NCBI GenBank assembly: GCA_050015775.1
Contig: JBEKAT010000001.1
Coordinates: 1,238-65,237, forward strand
DNA length: 64,000 bases
From: Sedimentisphaerales bacterium
Lineage (GTDB): Bacteria; Planctomycetota; Phycisphaerae; Sedimentisphaerales; Anaerobacaceae
Direction of reading: 5' to 3'
In this document: one piece after another, positions 1 through 10,423 of the stretch
Position numbering within the stretch: the stretch's first letter is position 1
Layout of the letters: the number at the start of each line of letters is the position of its first letter
Notes under the pieces: model-generated
What the model saw: the letters and a program-made list of their open reading frames with translations, nothing else
Databases searched by the model: none
What the model was told of the DNA's origin: nothing
Translations under genes and position numbers: made by a program

Positions 1-191
1 GTCATCACGCAAAATTCATCCGGGTCTGGCCGGGTCTTGACCGCTGTAGCACAGTTGGCTTCCGCTGTGTGATCGACGCCGAGTGAAACGGCTGGGATAA
101 CCGCATCTGTCATTGTAGTTGGGACTTCAAAAGATAAAATCCGCTTTGACGTTGCCTTCAGATTTGGGGCTTGTCAAAGCGGTGATGCTCT

Positions 192-1145
192 TCAACGGTT
201 GACGTCAGACGGCACGGGCATAGATGTGTCGTTCTCATCGATACCGTCGTTCCATTCGAGCGGCGCCAGATATACGCCGCCTTGTCCCCAGCCGCAGTGG
301 CTGACATACCATTTGCCGTCCACGTCGCGGACGACTTCAGCCGCGTGTGAGTTGATTCTGGCGACTTCATCTTCGAGAGTCCACTTGAATGGGTCATTGC
401 CGCGATAGACACTCGTGCAGCGGTAATCGTCTCGCGGCCCGATGAAGAGATAATAGAATGGGCCCCTTCGCACAACAGTCGGCGATTCGGTCGGTCCGCC
501 CCAGGTTCCTTTCGACGGATCCACAAAAACAACCTTTTTGTCGCTCCAGTGAATGAGGTCAGTGCTGGTTCTGGTCGCGACTATGTGATTACCGCCGGCC
601 GGCGTGCTTGTGGCTGTATAATACATTACCCATTTGTCTTCAAGCCGAAAAATATACGGGTCTCTCGCGTCGTAGCCATCCAGCAGCACCGGGTTTGCCG
701 GATGCCTTTCCCACGAATAGAGGTCTTTTGATGTGGCCAGATTAATATTGTATTTGCGATGGTCTTTTGCGCCGGCACAGTAAAACATATAGTAAAGCCC
801 TTCGTGGCGTATGACGTGCGGCGCCCATAGATGTACCTCGCCCCTTTTCGGGTCAACTGAAAGGGCGAATGGCTCTTTTTTCCACCCTTTCTTCGTTAAA
901 CTTTCTGAGGTGGCATGAGCGAAGTTACCCTCATCCATCGGCAACGCGGGTTCCTTATGAGTTATGCCGAACAAATGCCATAGGCCGTTGCTGTCGCGTA
1001 TGAAACAGTGGTCGTTGATATACCATTTATTCGGCTCGTTTATACTCGGGTCGTAAATCTGAAAATACTCACCGACTTTAAGCCCTTCGCCGCGACATGA
1101 ACAACAAACAATCATCGTAAACAACAACGAACAAGTGTATTTCAT
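192..1145 (-). CDS. secreted five-bladed beta-propeller glycoside hydrolase (GH43/GH32-superfamily-like; family not resolved)
   Basis: Track ORF 192-1157 (321 aa). I prefer the second ATG at 1145, which has GAGGA 7 nt upstream and gives a signal/lipoprotein-like start MKYTCSLLFTMIVCCSC. Motifs WYINDHCFIRD, DARDPYI and GGPTESP resemble the nucleophile, RDP and acid-base motifs of beta-propeller GH clans. A close paralog lies at 29467-30471. Confidence 0.65.
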   Translation of the reverse strand: MKYTCSLLFTMIVCCSCRGEGLKVGEYFQIYDPSINEPNKWYINDHCFIRDSNGLWHLFGITHKEPALPMDEGNFAHATSESLTKKGWKKEPFALSVDPKRGEVHLWAPHVIRHEGLYYMFYCAGAKDHRKYNINLATSKDLYSWERHPANPVLLDGYDARDPYIFRLEDKWVMYYTATSTPAGGNHIVATRTSTDLIHWSDKKVVFVDPSKGTWGGPTESPTVVRRGPFYYLFIGPRDDYRCTSVYRGNDPFKWTLEDEVARINSHAAEVVRDVDGKWYVSHCGWGQGGVYLAPLEWNDGIDENDTSMPVPSDVNR

Positions 1146-1180
1146 CGGAATCCTCATTTTACAAAGTATGCCCTTTATAT

Positions 1181-3199
1181 TTATAAGGGTTTTACATGCA
1201 GGTAGTCCATTCCGAACATATACATCTTTATTGCCTCAGGATTTGCCCCGACAATTTCAACCGTAAGAACATGAGCGCCCGGGGCAAGATGCACTTTGCC
1301 CAAACTAAGCTCTTCCGTGATTGTCACTTTATCCTTGTTAAACAGGTCAATCGGTTCGCCTAATTTCACATCATCAAGATAAAATTGAACAATTCCGTAA
1401 TCCGGCGCTTTTGTCAAACGTGTCAGAAGCTCAAATTCGCCGTTGTTCTTGACATTTATCGCCAGTTTCATTTTCGCTCCCAGCTTGCCGGTCCACCAGA
1501 GCTGGTTATTGTCCTTCCACTTCGCAGGCCCAAATGCGGACATTTCCTGCTCTTCAACCGCGCCTTCTGGTTTCTCAAGAACCCTAATCCCGGACAGTTC
1601 TATGGGGTAAGTAAGTTTTGCATAAAAATCTACCCTCTGGTCAACCGCGACCGGCTCGTATGGGTCCTGCTGGCCCGCTGCTTGATACCAGTACGCAACA
1701 CAGGAGTATTGCGTCGGCCTATCGTTGGCCCAATACTTCTCGATGCAGCCCTCAAAAGAGGTCTGGAAAGGAACATTGTCGGCTATGTGCCATCGGTTCA
1801 CGGAGATATGCCCCTTGTTGCCCTCGCAGATGGTTTGATTATGGAAACAGTTCTGGAACAAATCAGCGCTGCTCCATGCGTATCCGAAATAATCTTCCGA
1901 ACCCGTGCCGAACGTTGATGGGAATTTTTCTCCATCGACGAAAAACTTTTCATCGCCTTCGCCCCACCAGCCGCCGCGAGGATTCCAAACCTCAAGCTCG
2001 ACGCCGCAGAATCTGCCCCTGCCGGTTGTCTTCAGCATTGTCCAGTCAATCTGTCGTTCGGGTTCCGCAGGCGGGAAGGCATCCCGGTGCCACTTGGCGT
2101 GAAAACGGCCGTATTGGTCCGCCGGCCGCTTCAAAGGCGCGTATGTGATTTCAAATTGTGCGGTCACATCGGTTTGTCCTTCATTGGCAAGCTCAATTTT
2201 AACCTCTTTATCGAAGGGCATAAACCAGTTACTGTAGCCGCTGTAATCGATGATACCCATCGGCAGGGACCTGTATTGATTTACTCCCGGGGCTGTGCCG
2301 AAGAAATCTCCCAGGGGACACCAGACGCCGGGCTTACTCTGGCCGTCCCAGTAAATCGAAAGCGTCAATTCCCTGAGTAATCTCCGCTGTACCTCAATGT
2401 CGTCAGGCATTGGACCGTTCACAACAATCGATGTAATAGCGGCTGGCCCGGAGGTTTTGAAAACCACCTCTTTCTGTCCTGCCCCGACGTTAACCGTCAT
2501 AATTTCTGTCTTTTGCCCGTCATATTGCGCCCATTTCGGTCCGCATTTGCTCAGTCGCTCATTGGCCTTGTCCAAGGCCGCGTTTTCTTCCTTGGACAGA
2601 TTCATATTAAAGGTGGGAACAATGGTCCCTTTCGGAAAAACAGTGTAAGTGAAATGGTAGTATTGACCGTAACTGGGGTCTGCAAGGATTTTACAGGATT
2701 TCTGAAAAGGAATTGGAATATAGCAGTTTTTTCCGCCGCCGGCCGCGGTATGAACAAGCATAGACCTTGTGAATGGCGCATTATTTCCGTCGAAGTAGCC
2801 GGAAAAAGGAAGGTCCACAGCGGGATCGGGCTGACCATCCAGATAGATTCTGACATGCCCGTTTTTCGCTATGGCAGACCAGATACGCCATATACACCCA
2901 GGTCCATTCATCTCTGCAACCACGAGTTTTCCGCCTTCTCTGCGTATAAAGCCGTCCCCGTCGCCGTTAGCTTCCCACTTTATATACTTGCCTGTTTTGG
3001 CATTGTATTGGCTTCTTCTGTCGTAGCTGGACCATTGCATGCACTGTTCCCCTTGCTTCGGCAGAGTAGAGATACGTTCCAAATCTGTCAGATGGTCCAC
3101 CAAGTCAGTATATGTCATCCGGTTTTCGGCACGACAGCCGCCGCTTGTTAGTGCCAGCATGCTTATCACCCATACGACTAAACTTTTGCTGTTTTTCAT
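1181..3199 (-). CDS. DUF2961 / GH172-family glycoside hydrolase with a C-terminal beta-sandwich extension, secreted
   Basis: 672 aa ORF with GGAGAG RBS and signal peptide MKNSKSLVVWVISMLALTSGGC. Motifs GPGCIWRIWSA, VRIYLDGQ, YYHFTYT and GTGSEDYFGYAWS match what I recall of DUF2961 (GH172). About 130 extra C-terminal residues. Confidence 0.7.
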   Translation of the reverse strand: MKNSKSLVVWVISMLALTSGGCRAENRMTYTDLVDHLTDLERISTLPKQGEQCMQWSSYDRRSQYNAKTGKYIKWEANGDGDGFIRREGGKLVVAEMNGPGCIWRIWSAIAKNGHVRIYLDGQPDPAVDLPFSGYFDGNNAPFTRSMLVHTAAGGGKNCYIPIPFQKSCKILADPSYGQYYHFTYTVFPKGTIVPTFNMNLSKEENAALDKANERLSKCGPKWAQYDGQKTEIMTVNVGAGQKEVVFKTSGPAAITSIVVNGPMPDDIEVQRRLLRELTLSIYWDGQSKPGVWCPLGDFFGTAPGVNQYRSLPMGIIDYSGYSNWFMPFDKEVKIELANEGQTDVTAQFEITYAPLKRPADQYGRFHAKWHRDAFPPAEPERQIDWTMLKTTGRGRFCGVELEVWNPRGGWWGEGDEKFFVDGEKFPSTFGTGSEDYFGYAWSSADLFQNCFHNQTICEGNKGHISVNRWHIADNVPFQTSFEGCIEKYWANDRPTQYSCVAYWYQAAGQQDPYEPVAVDQRVDFYAKLTYPIELSGIRVLEKPEGAVEEQEMSAFGPAKWKDNNQLWWTGKLGAKMKLAINVKNNGEFELLTRLTKAPDYGIVQFYLDDVKLGEPIDLFNKDKVTITEELSLGKVHLAPGAHVLTVEIVGANPEAIKMYMFGMDYLHVKPL

Positions 3200-3470
3200 T
3201 TAAGTCTCTCCTTTCTGAACGCTTACTTTATTCGTCCCCGCGTCTTGTGCTGCCTTCTGTGAACTGCGACTTCTAAACTTTCTCGGACTGTAACTTGTGT
3301 ATTGCTTGAAATCAACCGAAAGTTGTATTCGATTACCGGTTATTTTAAAAATATACATCGGAGAGTGTGGATTTTGCACCAAATCGGCAAAAATCTTATG
3401 GCGGGTGGTTGCTTTTGCCGGTCCAAACATGGAAAATATCCGTTATGATTTCTAAATCAGGAGATTGCTT

Positions 3471-6116
3471 ATGCGCACGACCAGAGATTTCCCTTATACA
3501 TCGCGGGTGCGGTTCAACAAGATATTGATTTTGTTACTGATAGTTTTCCCTTCGGGTTCGCTGCCTGTCATACAGGCATCAGCAGCGACGACGCGAGACG
3601 AGTACTATGCTCACAAGACTGTCCAGGATAAAGACGGCGTTATTGCTCCATGGAGCAAAGGACAGAACGGGCCGCTCGATACTCGTCTGCGTATCGCCGT
3701 CGAGGTTCTGAAACGATATCCCTGGGTTGATAAAAATAAGGCGGTTATGGCCGCCCCCGATTTTGTATATAACTCCCACTGGAGCATAAAGGACGATGGC
3801 ACTATTCTGATACCGCCAACCAATGACTGGATGTGCGGCGACCTGAGCCAGCGTGCATGGAGCATCATCAAAGGGCTGACCGGCCATTATCAATACAGTG
3901 GTGACCCTGTTGCATTCCTTTACATACCCCTCACCGCTGATTACATTCTTGAATATGCTCAAACACCCGCTGACAGCAAATGGCCGAGTTTTCCGATAAG
4001 CACTCCAACCAAAGGAATGGCCTATGGCAAGTGCGACCCGTCCGGCAGGAATCAGCTTGACCTGTGCGCGATAGTAGGGCGGGAGATGCTGCGGGCCTAC
4101 AAGCTCACGGGAGAGAAAAAATACTTCGAGGCGGCCAAACACTGGGGCGATGTTTTTGCCGAGAAGTGCAATCTTGACCCCACGATGCCGCCGTGGAACC
4201 GCTATACCGACCCGTCGGTTGTGGGCTGGTCCGATGAACTGACGGGAACAACAACGATTATCTGCGAGTTTCTCGATGAGCTTGTCAATCTCGGCTACAC
4301 AGGCAAAAACCGGCTGATTGTCAAGGCCAGAGATGCCGGGCGTCGCTATGTCCGCGACGAGATGCTGCCTCGCTGGATACAGAACGATATCTGGGGCCGA
4401 CAGTACTGGGACTGGGACAATCCTGTTACGTGCGGCATTGTTTCAATGTGCGGCGATTATATAATGATGCATCCGGACGTATTTGCCGGCTGGAAGACAG
4501 ATTTGCGTAATATGCTGATGCAAATCGCCAATCGAAACGGTGCCGACCCCGGCTCGATGGGCAATGTTTACCATGGCGCTTGGGCATGGCCGGAATCCTG
4601 CACGTGCTGCGGCACGTCTCTGTCTTACAATCAATATACAGCCGCTCCGACTATTCTTAGATATGCTGTTTTGGCTGACGATGACCTGTTCTTTGAGATT
4701 GGCCGTCGAATGATGATTATGGCAACATACGATAGCGACGAAAATGGCGTTGTCAAAGATGGTCTTCTGGGCCAAGCCGTTGCCACAGGAGAATGGTCGA
4801 ATCTCGCTCACCCATGGCCTTTGTGTCAGGTTATCGAAGCGATGGCGTGGACTCCCGAACTTTTCGGGCCCAAACGGGAAAACCATATTATGCGGAGCAC
4901 CTCCGTCGTCAACAGCGTCGTCTATGCGAAAAACGAGGTGACCTGGACGACGTTTGATGCCCCGAGTTTAACTATCGATATCCTGCGGCTTGCGTTTAAG
5001 CCGACCGCTGTTACCGGGGATGGTTTGCCGTTATCTTTGCAGCCGGACCTTCGCAATAATGGTTACACGCTGCAGCAGCTCAAAGATGGCGACTGGATTG
5101 TGCGGATAAGACACGACCTTGCAAAGAATATGGTTGTCAGAGGAACTGATGACCCGCAGCAGCAGATTGACGATGCCGAAATCAAATATCAGGGCAAATG
5201 GGAGGAGAAGAAAGATGACAGCACATTCGGCGGCGGACTGCACTTAACTTCGGACAAAGAGGCGTCTGTGAGTTATAGCTTCACCGGCAATCAAATTCGC
5301 ATCCTCGGCTGCGTAGATGAAGCGGGGGGACTGGCAGATGTATATCTCGACGGCCAAAAGCAACCTACGCTGATTGACTGCTGGAATCCAAAACAAAGGT
5401 GCAAACAGGTGCTTTATTCAAGAAGCGGGCTGGATAACGGCAAACACGAAATTAAAATCGCGGCACAAGGCAAAGGCAACCTGATATCCAAAGGCGCCAA
5501 TATTTACATCGATGCCCTGCAATATTGTGATGCAACAGCGGACAGTAATTTTGGCCAGGGAGGCGGCCCAACGCGAGCGCAACGGATGATTTTCGGCTAT
5601 ACCGGCCGGCAAGATTATATCGATTCGAAAGGTAACGCATGGAAACCCGCCACCGAATGGGTCATTCAGACCGGCTATGGAACAGATACGGTCGAAAAGG
5701 CATGGTGGACCAAACGCCGGAGTATGTACATCGGCAACACCATCGACGAAGAGCTTTACAGATATGGCGCACATGGCAAGGAATTCTGGGCGAATGTCAC
5801 TGTCGCACCGGGCAAATATTATGTCCTTCTCAAGTTTGCCGAGACGCCGATGCATACTTTTCTTGAGCGCAACAAAGACGGAGGTCGCGTCAGCCATACT
5901 ATTGACGTGCTCATCAACAACAAGAAGGTTATGAACCAGGTCAATATCACCAAGGCGGCTGGCGGCATATTCAAAGCTTATGACCGAGTGTTTACTGATA
6001 TAGAGCCGGAAAACGGAATTATTGAAGTGCGGTTTGTCGGCGGCGATGAGCAGGGCGCTATCGTTCAGGCAATGGAAGTTGGCCCTATGTCAGAGTATTC
6101 GGGTGCGACTAAATGA
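3471..6116 (+). CDS. large secreted protein with an uncharacterised N-terminal alpha-helical (toroid-like) domain and two C-terminal carbohydrate-binding-like domains (the last malectin/CBM57-like)
   Basis: Track ORF from TTG 3465. ATG 3471 sits 9 nt after AGGAGA. The hydrophobic N-terminus ends in ASA. The C-terminal part (IDSKGNAWKPATEW ... YRYGAHGKEFWANVTVAPGKYYVLLKFAETP) looks malectin-like. The preceding block (SYSFTGNQIRILG ... VYLDGQ ... HEIKI) looks like a galactose-binding-like CBM. No family recognised for the N-terminal ~500 aa. Confidence 0.55.
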   Translation: MRTTRDFPYTSRVRFNKILILLLIVFPSGSLPVIQASAATTRDEYYAHKTVQDKDGVIAPWSKGQNGPLDTRLRIAVEVLKRYPWVDKNKAVMAAPDFVYNSHWSIKDDGTILIPPTNDWMCGDLSQRAWSIIKGLTGHYQYSGDPVAFLYIPLTADYILEYAQTPADSKWPSFPISTPTKGMAYGKCDPSGRNQLDLCAIVGREMLRAYKLTGEKKYFEAAKHWGDVFAEKCNLDPTMPPWNRYTDPSVVGWSDELTGTTTIICEFLDELVNLGYTGKNRLIVKARDAGRRYVRDEMLPRWIQNDIWGRQYWDWDNPVTCGIVSMCGDYIMMHPDVFAGWKTDLRNMLMQIANRNGADPGSMGNVYHGAWAWPESCTCCGTSLSYNQYTAAPTILRYAVLADDDLFFEIGRRMMIMATYDSDENGVVKDGLLGQAVATGEWSNLAHPWPLCQVIEAMAWTPELFGPKRENHIMRSTSVVNSVVYAKNEVTWTTFDAPSLTIDILRLAFKPTAVTGDGLPLSLQPDLRNNGYTLQQLKDGDWIVRIRHDLAKNMVVRGTDDPQQQIDDAEIKYQGKWEEKKDDSTFGGGLHLTSDKEASVSYSFTGNQIRILGCVDEAGGLADVYLDGQKQPTLIDCWNPKQRCKQVLYSRSGLDNGKHEIKIAAQGKGNLISKGANIYIDALQYCDATADSNFGQGGGPTRAQRMIFGYTGRQDYIDSKGNAWKPATEWVIQTGYGTDTVEKAWWTKRRSMYIGNTIDEELYRYGAHGKEFWANVTVAPGKYYVLLKFAETPMHTFLERNKDGGRVSHTIDVLINNKKVMNQVNITKAAGGIFKAYDRVFTDIEPENGIIEVRFVGGDEQGAIVQAMEVGPMSEYSGATK

Positions 6117-7126
6117 ACGATTTGAAAAGGTTCAAAGCCGTCTGTTGCGGAGAGAAGCTCGATTTTATCCTCATCGGCGAGTTCAGACAATATCTCGTCT
6201 GTGTTCTTGTTCTTCTCCATATTTTATTAACCACAACAGGGGCGGCACAAAGCTCCAACATTTACATCCCCGTTATTGAAGGTGACTGGTGGCAGGTGGC
6301 AGGCAATCCTGACCTCGGTAAATATACCGACCCAAATCAGCAGCCAGTGGATTTTGCTGTTTGGCAGGCCCAAGACGGGACATGGCAGCTATGGTCCTGT
6401 ATTCGTAACACTAAGGCCGCCGGTCATACCCGGCTTTTTTATCGCTGGGAGGGAAAGATGCTCACTGATACAAACTGGGCGCCGATGGGTATCGCGATGA
6501 TATCGGATGGGAAATTCGGCGAGCCGCAAAATGGTCTGCAGGCCCCGCACGTGGTCAAATGGAAGGACGAATATTGGATGGCATATGGTGACTGGGACCA
6601 TATTTGCCTGGCGAAAAGCAAGAACGGCAAAGATTTCGAGCGTGTGGCCGGTACTGGCGGCAGTTCAGCCATTTTCACCGAGGGCTCCGGAAACAATCCG
6701 CGCGACGCGATGCTGCTTTTTACAAACAGCAAATGGCACTGCTACTATACTGCGTTTCCGGCAGGGCATGGCTACGATTTTTGTCGCACCTCGGATGACC
6801 TGGTTCACTGGTCGGATTCCGTAGTAGTGGCCTATGGCGGCAAGGCGGGCAACAACCCATACTCCGCGGAATGTCCCCACGTAGTCGAGTTTGAGCCGGG
6901 CTGCTACTTCCTTTTCAGGACGCAATTCTACGGCCCAGGCGCGCAAACCAGTGTATATCAATCGGCAAATCCGCTGAATTTCGGCATTGACGACGATAGT
7001 TACTTTGTGTGTAAAATGAATGTCGCCGCACCGGAAATAATCAACTACGACGGCCAATATTATATCGCTGCGCTAAATCTCAACCTCGATGGAATCCGAA
7101 TCGCAAAGCTTGCATTCAGGAAATGA
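6113..7126 (+). CDS. beta-propeller glycoside-hydrolase-like protein (distant GH43/GH32-superfamily)
   Basis: 337 aa ORF. Its start overlaps the upstream stop as ATGA, which suggests translational coupling. Motifs NPRDAMLL and AECPHVVEF resemble the RDP and ECP motifs of propeller GHs, and W-rich blade repeats are present. Confidence 0.5.
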   Translation: MNDLKRFKAVCCGEKLDFILIGEFRQYLVCVLVLLHILLTTTGAAQSSNIYIPVIEGDWWQVAGNPDLGKYTDPNQQPVDFAVWQAQDGTWQLWSCIRNTKAAGHTRLFYRWEGKMLTDTNWAPMGIAMISDGKFGEPQNGLQAPHVVKWKDEYWMAYGDWDHICLAKSKNGKDFERVAGTGGSSAIFTEGSGNNPRDAMLLFTNSKWHCYYTAFPAGHGYDFCRTSDDLVHWSDSVVVAYGGKAGNNPYSAECPHVVEFEPGCYFLFRTQFYGPGAQTSVYQSANPLNFGIDDDSYFVCKMNVAAPEIINYDGQYYIAALNLNLDGIRIAKLAFRK

Positions 7127-7218
7127 ATCCTGCTGCTGAAATTGTAATCTGATATAATCATGCGGTTGTTTTAATGTTAAAAAATGAAACGCCAGATAAC
7201 ATAAGAAAGGGGCCTGTA

Positions 7219-8385
7219 ATGATTCGAAACAAATCAGTAGGTTTACCACTCGCGTTTTTACTGGTATTGAGCTTTGCCTTTGGGGGAGATTGTTTTGCGG
7301 CGCCGAGACACGAGGTGAAGATTCCGGATATATCTGGCTACAGGACGTTGAAGTGCGATTTTCATATGCACACGATATTTTCAGACGGGCAGGTATGGCC
7401 CACGGTGAGGGTCGAAGAGGCGTGGCGGGAAGGACTCGATGCCTTCGCAATAACGGACCATATCGAGTACAAGACTCACAGGAAAGATGTGCGTTCTGAC
7501 GACAACAGGGCGTATGAAATCGCAAAACCGGCCGCCGATGAAAAGGGGTTGATTCTTATAAGGGGCGCTGAAATCACCAGGGATATGCCCCCCGGTCACT
7601 TCAACGCGATTTTCCTCAAAGATGCAAAGCCGCTGGACACCAACGACTGGAAAGATGCGATGAAGAATGCCCAGGCCCAGGGTGCTTTTGTTTTCTGGAA
7701 TCACCCCGGGTGGGAAGGGCAGCAGCCGGACGGAGTACCGCGGTGGTATCCTGACCATAACGAGATATACGAAAAGGGATGGATGCAGGGAATAGAGGTT
7801 GTTAATGAAAATGAATACTATCCGCTTGTGTTCAAGTGGGCGAAGGAAAAGAAACTTACGATTATGGGTAATTCAGATGTCCACGAACCAACCGCCATGT
7901 TTTTCGATTTCAGCAAGGGTGAGCACAGGCCAATGACCCTTGTGTTCGCGAAAGAAAGCACCGAGGATTCAATCAAGGAAGCCCTGCTGGCGCACAGGAC
8001 GGCGGTATATTACAAAAATAGCATCATCGGCGATGAGCAATATCTCAGGCCGATATTCGACAAATCGGTCCAGATACCCAATGCCGAAGTGACCATCAAG
8101 GGTAAAGGCAAGGCCTTCATTAGAATCAGGAATAACTCCGAGCTGGACCTCGAGTTGGTCGCCAACGGTTCACCGGAACACATTTTGGCTCCCGACAAGA
8201 TAACGCTTTACGGAGACAGGATGGTGCTATTGTCTATCGAAGGAAAAGACAAGGCGTTTTCTGGCACGGGAAAAATACGTATACCATACAAAGTGAAGAA
8301 CCTCCTGGTTGCGCCAGATGAGGGTCTGCGAGTCGAATTGGAAATCGCCGTCAGGTTTGTCGGGGATGAACCAAATAAGCCGTAA
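7219..8385 (+). CDS. secreted PHP-domain metal-dependent phosphoesterase
   Basis: Track ORF from 7174. ATG 7219 gives signal peptide MIRNKSVGLPLAFLLVLSFAFGGDCFA. The PHP signature CDFHMHTIFSDG ... LDAFAITDHIEY is present. Confidence 0.65.
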   Translation: MIRNKSVGLPLAFLLVLSFAFGGDCFAAPRHEVKIPDISGYRTLKCDFHMHTIFSDGQVWPTVRVEEAWREGLDAFAITDHIEYKTHRKDVRSDDNRAYEIAKPAADEKGLILIRGAEITRDMPPGHFNAIFLKDAKPLDTNDWKDAMKNAQAQGAFVFWNHPGWEGQQPDGVPRWYPDHNEIYEKGWMQGIEVVNENEYYPLVFKWAKEKKLTIMGNSDVHEPTAMFFDFSKGEHRPMTLVFAKESTEDSIKEALLAHRTAVYYKNSIIGDEQYLRPIFDKSVQIPNAEVTIKGKGKAFIRIRNNSELDLELVANGSPEHILAPDKITLYGDRMVLLSIEGKDKAFSGTGKIRIPYKVKNLLVAPDEGLRVELEIAVRFVGDEPNKP

Positions 8386-8414
8386 CTGTGCAGGCAAAAC
8401 GTTTTACAGATAGT

Positions 8415-10379
8415 ATGACAAAAAAACTTATTATGATGAGTAAGTTTGCTGTTTTTGGATTGTTGCTGGCTATTTCCCAAGCTGTGGTTTGTGGGGATGA
8501 ACCCAATACGACGTCGGGATTGGCGCCGGTGGAATTTGAGAATCTGCCGCTAACGGCGATTGAAGCCAAGGGCTGGCTGCTTGGGCAGCTTCGAATACAG
8601 GCCGCGGGACTAAGCGGGCATCTGGATGAGTTCTGGCCTGACGTTGCACAAAGTGGCTGGATAGGCGGCAAGGCCGAAGGGTGGGAACGGGGACCTTATT
8701 GGCTTGACGGCTTGATACCATTGGCTTGGACGCTCGACGACAAAACACTTAAGGATAAAGCAAACAGATGGATGAATTATATTCTGGAGCATCAGCAGCC
8801 GGATGGCTGGCTGGGGCCGGTAAAAGCCAAAGACCACAAAGCTTACGACCCCTGGCCTTGTTTCATAATACTCAAGGCAATGACCCAGTATCAGGAGGCT
8901 ACCGGAGACAAGCGTATCATTCCGGCGATGGAGAAATTCCTTCACAAACTTGGTAGTATTCTCGATAAACAGCCGTTGTTTGACTGGTCAAAACCGCGGT
9001 GGGGCGATTTGGTATTGTCGATTTACTGGTTGTATGACCGCACGCACGAGCCGTGGCTGCTGGATTTGGCGGCGAAAGTTCAGAAGCAGGGACTGGATTG
9101 GCGGGGGCATTTTGCGGACTTCAAATATAAAGAAAAAATGGACAAAGCAAAATTGGAATACTGCACGCATGGCGTGAATAACGCTATGGTTCTCAAGCAG
9201 CCGGCAGTGTGGTGGCGGCAGTCACACGACCCGACCGACCGTGACGCTGTGCAGGATTTCATAAAAACGCTCGATACCTATCACGGCCAGGCGACGGGCA
9301 TCTACACCTGCGATGAGCACTATGCGGGGCTTAATCCATCGCAGGGGACAGAATTGTGTACCGTCGTCGAATATATGTTCAGTATGGAAACACTGCTTAG
9401 CATTTCGGGACGCTGCGAATTCGGTGACCGGCTCGAAAGCGTCGCTTTTAACAATCTGCCGGCGGCGTTTAAGCCGGATATGTGCGCGCACCAGTTTGAC
9501 CAGCAGGCCAATCAGGTCATCTGTAAGGTCGGTAAGGAAGTTATCTATACCTGCAATTCCGGTGACTCAGACACCTTCGGATTAGAGCCGTGCTACGGTT
9601 GCTGCACGGCGAACTTTCATCAGGGCTGGCCCAAGTTTGCCGCGCATCTGTGGATGAAAAAGGGACAAGATGGTCTTGCGGCTGTTGCTTACGCCCCCAG
9701 CAGCGTCAGAACCATTATAAAAGGCGCTGCCGTGCAGGTTGACCTCCAGACAGATTACCCTTTCAGCGAGACGCTCGATTTTACCGTCAAGACGGATAAG
9801 CCGGTCGAGATGTCACTTTACTTGCGTATTCCTGGGTGGGTGCAATCACCTCAGTTGGTTATAAACAAGGATAAAGCGGTAACTCCCGTTGCCGGGACGT
9901 TTCATCGCATTGAGCGACTTTGGACCGGCAAGACGCATTTGACTTTGCGATTACCTATGCCGGTGCGAATACAGAGGCGATATCACAACAGCGTTTCGCT
10001 TCAGCGAGGGCCGCTTGTCTATGTGCTGAAAATTGCCGATGACTGGCGATACCTAAAGGGCAAGAAACCTTACGCTGACTGGGAGGTTTACCCGACCTCT
10101 GCCTGGAACTACGCACTGGTTATGGATACTAATCAGCCGGACAATTCTATTAAGTTCAAATCCCGGTTCGTAGGCCGGTATCCATTTACGCCAGAAGATG
10201 CCCCGGTGCGGGCGAAAGTTCGAGGCCGGCGCCTGCCGCAGTGGACCATCGAAACCAATGCCGCCGGGCCATTGCCTGAAAGTCCGGTTGATTCTAACGA
10301 ACCGCTGGAAGAATTGACGCTGATTCCCTATGGCTGCAGCCATTTGAGAATCACGGAATTCCCGGTTCTCAGGAATTAA
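8415..10379 (+). CDS. GH127/DUF1680-family glycoside hydrolase (beta-L-arabinofuranosidase-like)
   Basis: Track ORF from GTG 8388. ATG 8415 gives signal MTKKLIMMSKFAVFGLLLAISQAVVCG. The Cys-rich motif EPCYGCCTANFHQGWPKF matches the Zn/Cys site I recall for GH127. Confidence 0.7.
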   Translation: MTKKLIMMSKFAVFGLLLAISQAVVCGDEPNTTSGLAPVEFENLPLTAIEAKGWLLGQLRIQAAGLSGHLDEFWPDVAQSGWIGGKAEGWERGPYWLDGLIPLAWTLDDKTLKDKANRWMNYILEHQQPDGWLGPVKAKDHKAYDPWPCFIILKAMTQYQEATGDKRIIPAMEKFLHKLGSILDKQPLFDWSKPRWGDLVLSIYWLYDRTHEPWLLDLAAKVQKQGLDWRGHFADFKYKEKMDKAKLEYCTHGVNNAMVLKQPAVWWRQSHDPTDRDAVQDFIKTLDTYHGQATGIYTCDEHYAGLNPSQGTELCTVVEYMFSMETLLSISGRCEFGDRLESVAFNNLPAAFKPDMCAHQFDQQANQVICKVGKEVIYTCNSGDSDTFGLEPCYGCCTANFHQGWPKFAAHLWMKKGQDGLAAVAYAPSSVRTIIKGAAVQVDLQTDYPFSETLDFTVKTDKPVEMSLYLRIPGWVQSPQLVINKDKAVTPVAGTFHRIERLWTGKTHLTLRLPMPVRIQRRYHNSVSLQRGPLVYVLKIADDWRYLKGKKPYADWEVYPTSAWNYALVMDTNQPDNSIKFKSRFVGRYPFTPEDAPVRAKVRGRRLPQWTIETNAAGPLPESPVDSNEPLEELTLIPYGCSHLRITEFPVLRN

Positions 10380-10423
10380 CCATCTGTTGAAAATAATAAT
10401 TCCATAATTTTTGCGACATAAAG

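Noticed and set aside
1-113. Possible gene fragments at the left edge (a plus-frame ORF ending at 72, or a minus-strand ATG at 113)
   Set aside because: Both readings are short and mutually exclusive, and neither has a recognisable motif. This is not supportable from about 100 nt.
3200-3430. 76-aa minus-strand ORF in the divergent intergenic region
   Set aside because: It would abut the DUF2961 gene start with no RBS, and its composition is not protein-like. The region is more plausibly a shared promoter region.
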